Part shown: piece after piece, positions 48,184 to 56,856 of the stretch
Layout: each line of letters begins with the position of its first letter
How positions within the stretch are numbered: position 1 is the first letter of the stretch
Assembly: GCA_025812035.1 (NCBI GenBank)
Contig: GCA_025812035.1_4719.1
Direction: 5' to 3' (one strand)
From: a phage
Length of the DNA: 64,000 nt
Notes under the pieces: generated by a model
The model's input: only the letters and a program-made list of their open reading frames with translations
Databases searched by the model: none
What the model was told of the DNA's origin: nothing
Made by a program: the position numbers and the translations under genes

Positions 48184-48662
48184 TGATCTAATTGCTCCAG
48201 AAACGCACGTCCCGATTTACTTGCTCGTAAATGTTGTTCTGCGGAAGTAAGCAATACGTCAGTTGGTGTATATGCGACGCTACCTTTCCACTCCGTTTTC
48301 AACTTACCCTTTTCGATACTGAACTGAATCAGTTGTTGGGTGCCGAAGTTAAGCGTGTTCGTCGCGGCACTAAATACACCGCCCATCATGCTGTAACCAA
48401 AGACTTTCGCATCTTCTGCGTAAAAGTCATTGTCAATCAATTTGCTCTGAAGCTCAAGTTGGTCGGACGGCAGCAGCCCACCATCAAAGATACTTAAAAT
48501 ACCCGCCAGGCGATAGAGACTCACCTTTCCTGAAACACCTACCACGTAGTTGCCGTACTGTGTTTCCTCCAGTTTGCCAACAACGGTGCGATCGTCGGAG
48601 GTTTTCATCGAAACCTCGATACCGTCCTCAACTTCCGTTAACGTTAAATCAACAATACTCAT
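48180..48662 (-). CDS. hypothetical protein
   Basis: 160 codons; 4-nt overlap with the phosphatase start. Confidence 0.4.
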   Translation of the reverse strand: MSIVDLTLTEVEDGIEVSMKTSDDRTVVGKLEETQYGNYVVGVSGKVSLYRLAGILSIFDGGLLPSDQLELQSKLIDNDFYAEDAKVFGYSMMGGVFSAATNTLNFGTQQLIQFSIEKGKLKTEWKGSVAYTPTDVLLTSAEQHLRASKSGRAFLEQLDQ

Positions 48663-48685
48663 TTATTACTCTCCGCGTTCTCGTT

Positions 48686-49372
48686 TTAACACATGATTTC
48701 GCCATGTTTCTTTTCAACATACATATAAACGTCATCCAAATAAGCGATGAGTTTATCACGATTCGCACAAAGCGATTTAATCATTGCAATCTCTCTCATG
48801 TAAAGCTGCTTACCTAATGCCGGATAAGTAATCCAAGCATAGCCGTCAGGGGCAAATTTAGAAATAAGATAATCAGCAGTTTCCTGCAAGGCGAACTCTT
48901 TGCTCATCTGACCGTAACGATGCTCGATTGCACGGATACCAAAACGTTCGCTGTCAAGACGACCCATATCCGCCAAACGAAGAACCTGTGAAGCAACCGA
49001 GCTGCGAGGACCGGAATAGGAGGCGCGATGTTCAGCAATAAGCACGCGTATCTCCTCGATGTCTTCCGGTGTGAAAATATCTTGCTCGTTACGAAGCAAA
49101 ATAACTGACGCACGAATACCACCGATAAGGTGGTGGTATGTTCTGTTTTCGTGGCAAGCAATATCATGCATAAAAGCAGCGGTTAATAAACGACGACGTT
49201 CCGTGGGTCTAATGATACCAACCACGTCAGCAAGTTCATTTGCCAGTTCGACAACCGCGAGTACATGCTCTTCTTGATGCGCAAGATCATTCTTACGAAT
49301 ATTTTCAATTACTTCGGCGCGTGTTTCCTGAGTTAAGAACTTTAAACAATCCAACGAATATAAAGATTTCAT
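48686..49372 (-). CDS. HD-domain phosphohydrolase-like protein
   Basis: HQEEH...AAFMHDIA pattern (H...HD) consistent with the HD superfamily. Confidence 0.55.
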   Translation of the reverse strand: MKSLYSLDCLKFLTQETRAEVIENIRKNDLAHQEEHVLAVVELANELADVVGIIRPTERRRLLTAAFMHDIACHENRTYHHLIGGIRASVILLRNEQDIFTPEDIEEIRVLIAEHRASYSGPRSSVASQVLRLADMGRLDSERFGIRAIEHRYGQMSKEFALQETADYLISKFAPDGYAWITYPALGKQLYMREIAMIKSLCANRDKLIAYLDDVYMYVEKKHGEIMC

Positions 49373-49419
49373 CGTACGTACCTCTTTGAATCGGTAAATA
49401 TATTAATAAATATTGTTTA

Positions 49420-49456
49420 CTCACGTAAGTAATATAGCCGTGAAAGGATTTGCATT
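49420..49456. promoter_or_regulatory. 37-nt conserved intergenic element, copy B, in the divergent region
   Basis: CTCACGTAAGTAATATAGCCGTGAAAGGATTTGCATT; exact 17-mer shared with 19845-19861. Confidence 0.4.
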
Positions 49457-49526
49457 GGTCCGTTTCGATGACCATCGTATTTTATGGATTGTCGAATGAC
49501 GTCATTTTTAAAGGGACATCCCCGGC

Positions 49527-49560
49527 CTCCTCCCCGGGAAAGGTGCGGGGAGGAGTTTTT
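49527..49560 (+). terminator. plus-strand stem-loop (10-bp CTCCTCCCCG/CGGGGAGGAG) followed by TTTTT, ~30 nt upstream of the helicase start
   Basis: read directly; location upstream of a gene makes attenuator or 5'-UTR structure an alternative. Confidence 0.4.
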
Positions 49561-49589
49561 ACATACTTTCTATTAATTCGAGCGCGATT

Positions 49590-51671
49590 ATGTTGGATAG
49601 AATAAATCGTCTAATGAACCGAATAGCGGTTAAAAATCAGAGTAACAACACCGTGCATATCGGGGGTATCGATGCCTGGCGTCTTTCAGATGACATTCAG
49701 AGAATATGGGGTACCTCCCGATTTATGAAACATATGTTTCGTAATTTCTCTTCCAGTGGACTCAGTCTTCACAACTTTTACCTTCCCGATTTCGTTTATA
49801 TTCTTGAAACGATCATCGAGGCAAAGAATACCCGCAGTAACAAACGCATGCTGAAACACCTTATCGAGGTGCTGCTGCAGGAAACATGGCTGCAAAATAC
49901 CACAATCGAGCAACCTGCAATCCTCGATAAAGCGCGCATGAAGAAAATGATGACGCTTTCTTTGTTCGATTATCAAGATGAGTTTATCGACATCTATAAC
50001 CGTAACGTACCTAAATATCGACTGAAAGGATACGTGTGTGCGATGGGTGCCGGTGCCGGTAAAACTATTACCGCCTTGGCCTTAAGTGCCGCCATGAACG
50101 TCGACGTGTTTGTGGTGTGTTGTCCTAAAAATACGATGCGTTCAGCATGGCAATCCGATGTAAACAAAGCCATCGTTGACCCTGCAACAGAAACCGCGTT
50201 CTGGTCAGATACCATGCCACCATCACAACTACAGAAAAGCGATAAGTACTATTTCCTGCATTACGAATCGATGGGCTTATTAAACGATGTAATGATCAAA
50301 CATAAACGTACAGCGAAACGCGTTCTTATTGTTGTTGACGAAAGCCATAACTTCAACGACAAGAACAGTCAACGTTCCCAACGATTGGTTGATCTTGTAC
50401 AGACGATGCGTCAGACCATGAATGCGGATGTGCATGTCTTGTTTATGTCGGGTACGCCTGTTAAGCAGATGGGTTCTGAGATGATCCCGTGTTTAGGTTG
50501 TATTGACCCGATGTTCCAAGGACAGGTGGTCGATAGCTTCAAATCAATTTACGGTTTAACCAGCAGCCGTGCTAACGATATCCTCAGACATCGTCTTGGG
50601 TTCATGATGCACGTTGTACCTAAAGAAGCTTATCGTAAAACCCGCCCGGAAGTTCAGGACGTTTACGTGAAACTTCCTAACGGTAGCGATTATACCATCT
50701 CGAGTATCCGTGACGATATGGCGATATTTGTACGCGATCGGGCTAAGTATTACAAGGATAACTGGGGGCATTACCGAAAGATCTTTGATGACGCCTTGGA
50801 TTATTACCGTAAAACTATCCGTACTGATGGAGAACGTAGAGAGCTGTCTCGATATGAATCGATTGTCGCTCGTTTCCAGAAAGGTTACGATCCTGTCAGA
50901 GACAAAGAAGATGCGATGTTCTGCAACGCGTTTGAAAAACGTTCCATCATGCCGGTTCTTCCTTCCGATTTAAGGATCGCTTTCAAAGACGCCAAGAGCG
51001 TCATCAAGTACGTTGGGTTGAAAATTCAGGGTGAAGCGTTAGCTCGTGTTCTAGGTGCTGCCCGCATTCGGTGTCATGTCGACATGGTGGAGTACATTGA
51101 CTTCGAAGGGTACATCAACAACGCTGAAGCCAAGGTGTTGATCTTCACGTCGTATGTTCAGGTGGTTGAACGTGTCGACACCATGCTTCGCGATGCTGGT
51201 TTCTTACCTGAACCGATTTACGGGAAGACTAACAAGAACATCAACCAGATACTTGCTCGTTTACGTGACGATCCTGACAGCGGTCCCGCTATCGCAACAT
51301 TTGATAGTTTGGCTGAAGGGGTTCCAATGCTGATGTGTAATGTGGGCCTTTTCCTGAACAACCCATGGCGTTCGTCTGATGAAATTCAGGCCATCAGCCG
51401 TCTCGATCGTGTAGGGCAAACGCAACCTGTTCGGATTTATCGTTTCATGTTAGACACAGGAAGTGAGGGTAACGTTTCTACACGTAGTCATGAGATCATG
51501 GAGTTAAGTCGACAGCTTGTTGAAGAAATCACTGGCGTCAAATACGTAGTGAACAAGCAAGATGATGTTAACTTGCAAGAAACGTTAGCGATGGAAGGAT
51601 ACGATCAATACGTTACCGTAAACCCTAAGGAATACGATATTAAACCGCGGTCTGTGTTCTTGGAATGGTGA
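49590..51671 (+). CDS. SNF2-family helicase
   Basis: Walker A MGAGAGKT, motif II VVDESHNF, motif III FMSGTPVKQ, motif VI QAISRLDRVGQTQPVRIYRF. Confidence 0.8.
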   Translation: MLDRINRLMNRIAVKNQSNNTVHIGGIDAWRLSDDIQRIWGTSRFMKHMFRNFSSSGLSLHNFYLPDFVYILETIIEAKNTRSNKRMLKHLIEVLLQETWLQNTTIEQPAILDKARMKKMMTLSLFDYQDEFIDIYNRNVPKYRLKGYVCAMGAGAGKTITALALSAAMNVDVFVVCCPKNTMRSAWQSDVNKAIVDPATETAFWSDTMPPSQLQKSDKYYFLHYESMGLLNDVMIKHKRTAKRVLIVVDESHNFNDKNSQRSQRLVDLVQTMRQTMNADVHVLFMSGTPVKQMGSEMIPCLGCIDPMFQGQVVDSFKSIYGLTSSRANDILRHRLGFMMHVVPKEAYRKTRPEVQDVYVKLPNGSDYTISSIRDDMAIFVRDRAKYYKDNWGHYRKIFDDALDYYRKTIRTDGERRELSRYESIVARFQKGYDPVRDKEDAMFCNAFEKRSIMPVLPSDLRIAFKDAKSVIKYVGLKIQGEALARVLGAARIRCHVDMVEYIDFEGYINNAEAKVLIFTSYVQVVERVDTMLRDAGFLPEPIYGKTNKNINQILARLRDDPDSGPAIATFDSLAEGVPMLMCNVGLFLNNPWRSSDEIQAISRLDRVGQTQPVRIYRFMLDTGSEGNVSTRSHEIMELSRQLVEEITGVKYVVNKQDDVNLQETLAMEGYDQYVTVNPKEYDIKPRSVFLEW

Positions 51672-51772
51672 TTAAGAAGCTCTGCCTGATGTCAGGCAGA
51701 GCTTTATGCTGCGTTTACTGCAAAATCGTATGACGTATATACGTCGTAATGATTAAAAATAGGGCAGAACAC

Positions 51773-53227
51773 ATGAAACTCAAACAAAGCTGGAAAAACG
51801 AACTCCTTGCATTAGTAAACAGCAAAAACAGTTTACAACTGACATTAGACGACGTAAAATTTGAACTAACCGAACCGGTAAGCGAAGTGCCTGGAACGGT
51901 CGTTGTTACGATCAAACCGAACGATAATAGTCGCTACTTTAACGAGCAGTCTCTGACCTACGTCCGTCGAGACATTGCTAAAAACTTCACCGGGATTCCG
52001 TTACGGGTTATCGTTAAAAAAGATACCGCCGTAAGGGATATCATCAGTACGATTGCTAAACGTTACGGACTGGTATTTGATACCACTGTCGACTTCCTCG
52101 AATCAGAACTGAATAAGCAAATTACTTTCGCAGACACCGGTATTAAAGACGTTACGGTTCCGGTTGCCAATACGTCTTATGTTTGGGCCGGTAATCTTCA
52201 GTTCAATATCGCTAACGATACGTTAAGCTTGATTACTATCATCAAGAAAACCGATCTTACGAATCTGGTTTATCTGGATGGTGTTGAAGCTGACACATCG
52301 GGGTCGTTACTGTTAGCAACCGCAGCACTTGTTAACGAACACGTAAATGAACCGATGGTTGAAAACGAAGATATCGTTAATGAATTCATTAACGTTCTTA
52401 ATGCTCTAGCCAAATATGGTGACATAACCGGCGATGAATTAGATGCCGCCTTACAAGCGTACGATGAAGCAGAAAACAGGAATAAAACCACGGTAATAAC
52501 TCTTGGTGATATCGAGTGCGTTGCAACCGAAAAAGACGATTGGGAAATTGGACATTTACGCGGTCGGATGGTTCTCGCGCTCAAATCCGATAAACAACCG
52601 GAGCTCGATAACACGTTCAGGTTGTTTACGAATGGTGGTGATGTATCGCTAACGTTAAACACAATGAAAGATATAAGTATCGATTGGGGTGATGGGAATA
52701 AAGTAACGTTGGATGCCGAAGAAAGATACGCGCACCACACATATGCCGACAATAACCAATACCAAATCGAAATTGTGTCTCGTACGGACCCAGATGTGCT
52801 GCGACCAAATTATATTTCTGGGAGTGAGATAACCGAAGTAATTCACTGGGCTACTACTTCAACAATAGCTCTGAATTTTGTTGGATGCGATAATTTAGCG
52901 ACTGTTCCAGATGAGATCCCAACTTCGTGGACAACGTTGGACAGCATGTTTGAAAGTTGTACGAATTTGAATGATCCGTCTATCTCTAACTGGAATACAA
53001 GTAACATCACATCAATGAATGGTATGTTCGGCGGATGCACTAAATTTAACCAACCTTTAGCTGCCTGGGATGTCAGCTCGGTAACTGACATTGGTGGTAT
53101 GTTTGTCGGGTGTAGCAGTTTTAACCAAGATTTAAGTGGATGGCGATTACCGTCTGGAGTAAACCACCGCGATTACGATAGTGGTGCTTTCTCGTGGCAG
53201 ACGGAACATAAACCGACGTTCAAGTAA
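51773..53227 (+). CDS. tail fibre-like protein (shared N-domain, PKD-like segment, DUF285-type repeats)
   Basis: start revised to ATG at 51773 (MKLKQSWKNELLALVN aligns with paralog N-termini); IDWGDGNKVT...YAHHTY; C-terminal ...FNQPLAAWDVSSVTDIGGMF...FNQDLSGW. Confidence 0.55.
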   Translation: MKLKQSWKNELLALVNSKNSLQLTLDDVKFELTEPVSEVPGTVVVTIKPNDNSRYFNEQSLTYVRRDIAKNFTGIPLRVIVKKDTAVRDIISTIAKRYGLVFDTTVDFLESELNKQITFADTGIKDVTVPVANTSYVWAGNLQFNIANDTLSLITIIKKTDLTNLVYLDGVEADTSGSLLLATAALVNEHVNEPMVENEDIVNEFINVLNALAKYGDITGDELDAALQAYDEAENRNKTTVITLGDIECVATEKDDWEIGHLRGRMVLALKSDKQPELDNTFRLFTNGGDVSLTLNTMKDISIDWGDGNKVTLDAEERYAHHTYADNNQYQIEIVSRTDPDVLRPNYISGSEITEVIHWATTSTIALNFVGCDNLATVPDEIPTSWTTLDSMFESCTNLNDPSISNWNTSNITSMNGMFGGCTKFNQPLAAWDVSSVTDIGGMFVGCSSFNQDLSGWRLPSGVNHRDYDSGAFSWQTEHKPTFK

Positions 53228-53247
53228 AAAAAAAATAGTTAGCATAT

Positions 53248-53280
53248 CTTCCTCCCCGCCCATAACGGGCGGGGAGGAAG
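53248..53280. terminator. bidirectional terminator candidate (14-bp stem CTTCCTCCCCGCCC/GGGCGGGGAGGAAG) between convergent genes
   Basis: perfect inverted repeat; preceded by A10 on the plus strand (U tract for the minus strand) and followed by GTTTATGCGC. Confidence 0.55.
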
Positions 53281-53297
53281 GTTTATGCGCTTATGAC

Positions 53298-53636
53298 TTA
53301 GAACCAGAGTTCTTTCATGAAGTAGGCTTCCATATCGTAGATAAGCCACTCATCAGGGATTTCTAAAGGATCGTCTTCGGTTAAGGTCAGCATGTGCAGG
53401 GCGAACGCACGCTTAATATCTTCCAGCAGCTTATCGTCACCGTAATCTTCGGGTAGTTTATTATCAACCAACTGGGTTTGTTTATAAACATCACGGAACG
53501 CTTCAGGACTATGTTTGTCCATTGGGAATTGTTCGGCAGCCTGGACCATCGATAACGTCCAGCTCACAACGTTGTAACGTTCGTCGTTAATTCCACTGAA
53601 CTTATCATCGATTAAACAAATTTGTTGTACGTTCAT
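53298..53636 (-). CDS. hypothetical protein
   Basis: 112-codon ORF, acidic. Confidence 0.4.
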   Translation of the reverse strand: MNVQQICLIDDKFSGINDERYNVVSWTLSMVQAAEQFPMDKHSPEAFRDVYKQTQLVDNKLPEDYGDDKLLEDIKRAFALHMLTLTEDDPLEIPDEWLIYDMEAYFMKELWF

Positions 53637-54598
53637 TCAATTTCTCCATTCTTATCTTGGTCGCAGTCGCATTCTTCGTTGTTCTTCTTACTTAAACGTA
53701 AGACACCGAGTGCAGCATGCTTGAGTTCTTGCAAGGCGCTTTTCAGCTGACCTTCTTCGTCGAAATCAAAATACTTCTCGTTGTAGCTTAATGCTGGAAT
53801 CATATTTACGAGAGGTTCGATGGCAGGCATCAGCATTTCAATGACGACCTTAGGGTCAACAAAACGTTCAAACCCTTCAGGAAGTTTACTTGCCACAACC
53901 TTATCGTTCTTGATGTAGAATTTGTTCTTGAACAAATCGTCAAGAATAGCGTTTTCTTCATCCGTGCGTTCCGCATAAGGACGATCGATCATCTGAACGA
54001 AAACACCATTCAATGTTTCAGGTACAGATGGATTTTCACGAATCGAAACCCCACCAGGAATCTCAATATCGATCTTCGCCCACTCAACTACCTGATGGTC
54101 TCGCGTGTAGATAACATCTACTTCCCACGCCAGACCGTCAGGACTTTCTACGGTGTAACGTGTTTTCGCTTGACCTTCCGGAGCCATACGCTCAATGGCA
54201 TCAAACATCTCGACCGGAATTTCTACTTCGCTTTCCGTCGCGTCACCTGGACCGCGATACACCTTCGTGGTCATGATGTATTTCGGTTCTTCGTTACCGA
54301 TCTGTATCGCACGTGCGCGCACCTGACCTTTCACACCACCAACGGCTGTGTTATCGAACAACCATTGATGTTGCACCATATGTTCAATTTTCGATGCTAC
54401 TTGACGAAGACGTTCAACGCCATCTTCGGCCAGTTTGCCAAAGAAGACCAGCTCACGTTCCTGCTGTGTCTCACCACTTAACATCATTAAATTGGCGATT
54501 TGTTTCACGCCTCTTACTTTTGACATACATGCTCCGGTTATAAGGGTCTGTTTCCAGACCCCTCGTTGATTTTTGATTTCACCAAACGCTATCGTCAC
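53633..54598 (-). CDS. hypothetical protein
   Basis: 321 codons; 4-nt overlaps with the genes on both sides suggest an operon with the helicase. Confidence 0.45.
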   Translation of the reverse strand: MTIAFGEIKNQRGVWKQTLITGACMSKVRGVKQIANLMMLSGETQQERELVFFGKLAEDGVERLRQVASKIEHMVQHQWLFDNTAVGGVKGQVRARAIQIGNEEPKYIMTTKVYRGPGDATESEVEIPVEMFDAIERMAPEGQAKTRYTVESPDGLAWEVDVIYTRDHQVVEWAKIDIEIPGGVSIRENPSVPETLNGVFVQMIDRPYAERTDEENAILDDLFKNKFYIKNDKVVASKLPEGFERFVDPKVVIEMLMPAIEPLVNMIPALSYNEKYFDFDEEGQLKSALQELKHAALGVLRLSKKNNEECDCDQDKNGEIE

Positions 54599-56856
54599 AA
54601 TTCGAAATCTTCATCGATAACGCGCTGTGTGAGCACCTTGTCACTGAAGAACTCTACTTTGCGCTGATGGTATTTACGGTGCGCTTCGATAGAGGTACAC
54701 ACCAGATACCAGAACGTTGGCGTCATTCCTTCAAACTTCCCTTTCAGCTGACGCAGTCGCCCCAACACCTGAATGTTACCGGTTCGTGATCCCATCGCTA
54801 ACGTCATGAACGCCATCACCAAATCAGGGAGGTCGATACCTGTCCCCGCCGATTTCACGGTTGTAACGCTGATATCGTTATCCAACAAGACCATGAAATC
54901 TTCTTCAGCGGTATAAGGACCGATCTCTAACTCGGGAATACGTTCACTGAGATAGTGCGACAATGACTTACACATATCAACGGTTGCACAATACACCAGC
55001 ATCTTCATACCTTCCTGATACTGGTTCATGAAACCTTTGATGATAACCGTATAGATAAAGTTGAAATACGCGAGTTTGAGTTGCTTATTCTTCATGATAG
55101 ACTGTTCGAATATCGTGTGTGAATAAGAACCCCCAAAGCCTTTGTATCTGATTTTATCTGTACTACGTAGTCGATACGTCACGGCATTTACCGCAATGTA
55201 TTTCTTGTATTCGCCTTTTGCGAAACGCGCTTCTTTCGGATACATCAAATACAACATCCGCTCGATGAACGGATCATCGGATACCGCTGTTGCCGACAGA
55301 TAAATGATTTCCGGAATATTGGCGTAACACTTGACTTTAAACAAGAAATGCAAGGCTTCGTGACATTCGTCGTGAATCAGTAGACCTATACCCGTCTTTT
55401 CCCAAAACTCAGCGGGATGGAAGGCGTATGGCGCAACGCAGTTATTCTTCTCGTAGTCCGCAATATAACGTTGGAACATGTTCAAGGAGAATAACGCGAT
55501 TTTGAAATCCAGCTCGCCTTGTTCCACCAACGTCTGGAATTCCAGCATGCTGTAACGAGGAATGTCGGGATGCGGTGGATCCTCCTTAGCGTTCCCGCGT
55601 ATCTCAATAACGTCCCCTGGTTCCATTCCGAAGAAGTTCAGCAATGAGCTTCGCCAACCTGGCATATACCGTGGAGAGAGTATGATGCCTGTGCGTACAC
55701 CACGTCGAAACACGATTTCCTGTGACATCGCGGTGTTGTGTGTGACGATGTGGTCTTTAATGACATAAAGGCTTTCGTCATTATCCACCGTGATGCAACG
55801 TGCTTTCGCTTTAACTGTCGGTACGATGCTATCAATCGCTAAACCAGGAAGCCTGTTAACAGGGAGATCGTCTGGAATCTCAACGTCGTCAGGAATAAGC
55901 TTAAGTAAATCGGAATGATAAATTAATGTCTCCATCGTGTAACTATCGATGGGGCATTTATACGCAATTCCTCCTAACTGATACGCCAACTCCCAAACCT
56001 TGGTTGTTATCTGTGAATCAACGGTTCTGACCGCAAGGTGAGCCTGTCCGTTTTCGATTCGCAACTCACAACGACCTTTGACCACCACCTTAAATTCTTC
56101 GAGACCTACGAGTTCTTTCGGTTCGTAAAGTCGGATTCTTATCGGACGGGGTCTGGCAGGTTTATCGTAAAGACATTCCATGATTTCGTCTGTGCTGAGA
56201 ACCTTATCGGGGTCAGTACAACGCCAGAGATGATCGCCACAAGCTTCAACCATTCTACCGTCCTCAAAGAAGATAGCATAAAGCTGAATATTGTCATGAT
56301 CGAAGATCGCTGTAACGTTGGTCGGTAGCCCATTCGCACCAATAACCCGATCCCCTACTTGAAGCTCACCAATCGGCTTCCAACCACCTGGAACCTTTAC
56401 AGGCGTATGAAGCGCTAGCGCTTTGCCACTGCCTGTTTGAGCGGTGTTTAGGCTCATTCTGAAGGGGGTATCCTTACCCCCGTTCATGTACTCCAGCCAT
56501 TCTTGCTGATCTTCTCGCCACGGAAACTTCCATTTCTTTACGAACTCCACTTCCTTACCGGGTACCGGATCATGGTAAACGATCTCCAGCCACTCTTTTC
56601 GGATTCCTCGGGAAAAGATAAAATCCAAAAACGATTTCAACTGTTCGCGGAGTAAGTATACCTCGCTATAATCGCTTCTCGCTGCGGCATACGTGTTTAT
56701 GGTATCGGTAACCATTCTCCGTGTACGAGGGTCACGTCGTTTCCTCAGATGCAAACAACGGTCTCGAAGGTAATGGCCGATAAGATGGGCAAATCGAAGT
56801 CCGTATCCGCTCAGCTTCATGCCATGCGAGAAGACGTCGATACGAGCTAACTTCAT
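54595..56856 (-). CDS. DExH-box helicase interrupted by an intein
   Basis: Walker A AQTGSGK...T split by an insertion; motif II LIHDECHE; SAT; motif V/VI VKSAGTGIDLPD and QVLGRLRQ. Confidence 0.7.
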   Translation of the reverse strand: MKLARIDVFSHGMKLSGYGLRFAHLIGHYLRDRCLHLRKRRDPRTRRMVTDTINTYAAARSDYSEVYLLREQLKSFLDFIFSRGIRKEWLEIVYHDPVPGKEVEFVKKWKFPWREDQQEWLEYMNGGKDTPFRMSLNTAQTGSGKALALHTPVKVPGGWKPIGELQVGDRVIGANGLPTNVTAIFDHDNIQLYAIFFEDGRMVEACGDHLWRCTDPDKVLSTDEIMECLYDKPARPRPIRIRLYEPKELVGLEEFKVVVKGRCELRIENGQAHLAVRTVDSQITTKVWELAYQLGGIAYKCPIDSYTMETLIYHSDLLKLIPDDVEIPDDLPVNRLPGLAIDSIVPTVKAKARCITVDNDESLYVIKDHIVTHNTAMSQEIVFRRGVRTGIILSPRYMPGWRSSLLNFFGMEPGDVIEIRGNAKEDPPHPDIPRYSMLEFQTLVEQGELDFKIALFSLNMFQRYIADYEKNNCVAPYAFHPAEFWEKTGIGLLIHDECHEALHFLFKVKCYANIPEIIYLSATAVSDDPFIERMLYLMYPKEARFAKGEYKKYIAVNAVTYRLRSTDKIRYKGFGGSYSHTIFEQSIMKNKQLKLAYFNFIYTVIIKGFMNQYQEGMKMLVYCATVDMCKSLSHYLSERIPELEIGPYTAEEDFMVLLDNDISVTTVKSAGTGIDLPDLVMAFMTLAMGSRTGNIQVLGRLRQLKGKFEGMTPTFWYLVCTSIEAHRKYHQRKVEFFSDKVLTQRVIDEDFEL
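55735..56421 (-). other. intein (~229 aa) inserted in the helicase P-loop
   Basis: N-terminal block ALALHTPVKVPGGWKPIGELQVGDRVIG resembles intein block A but begins with Ala; C-terminal block ...SLYVIKDHIVTHN followed by Thr; removing it restores GSGKT. Confidence 0.55.
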
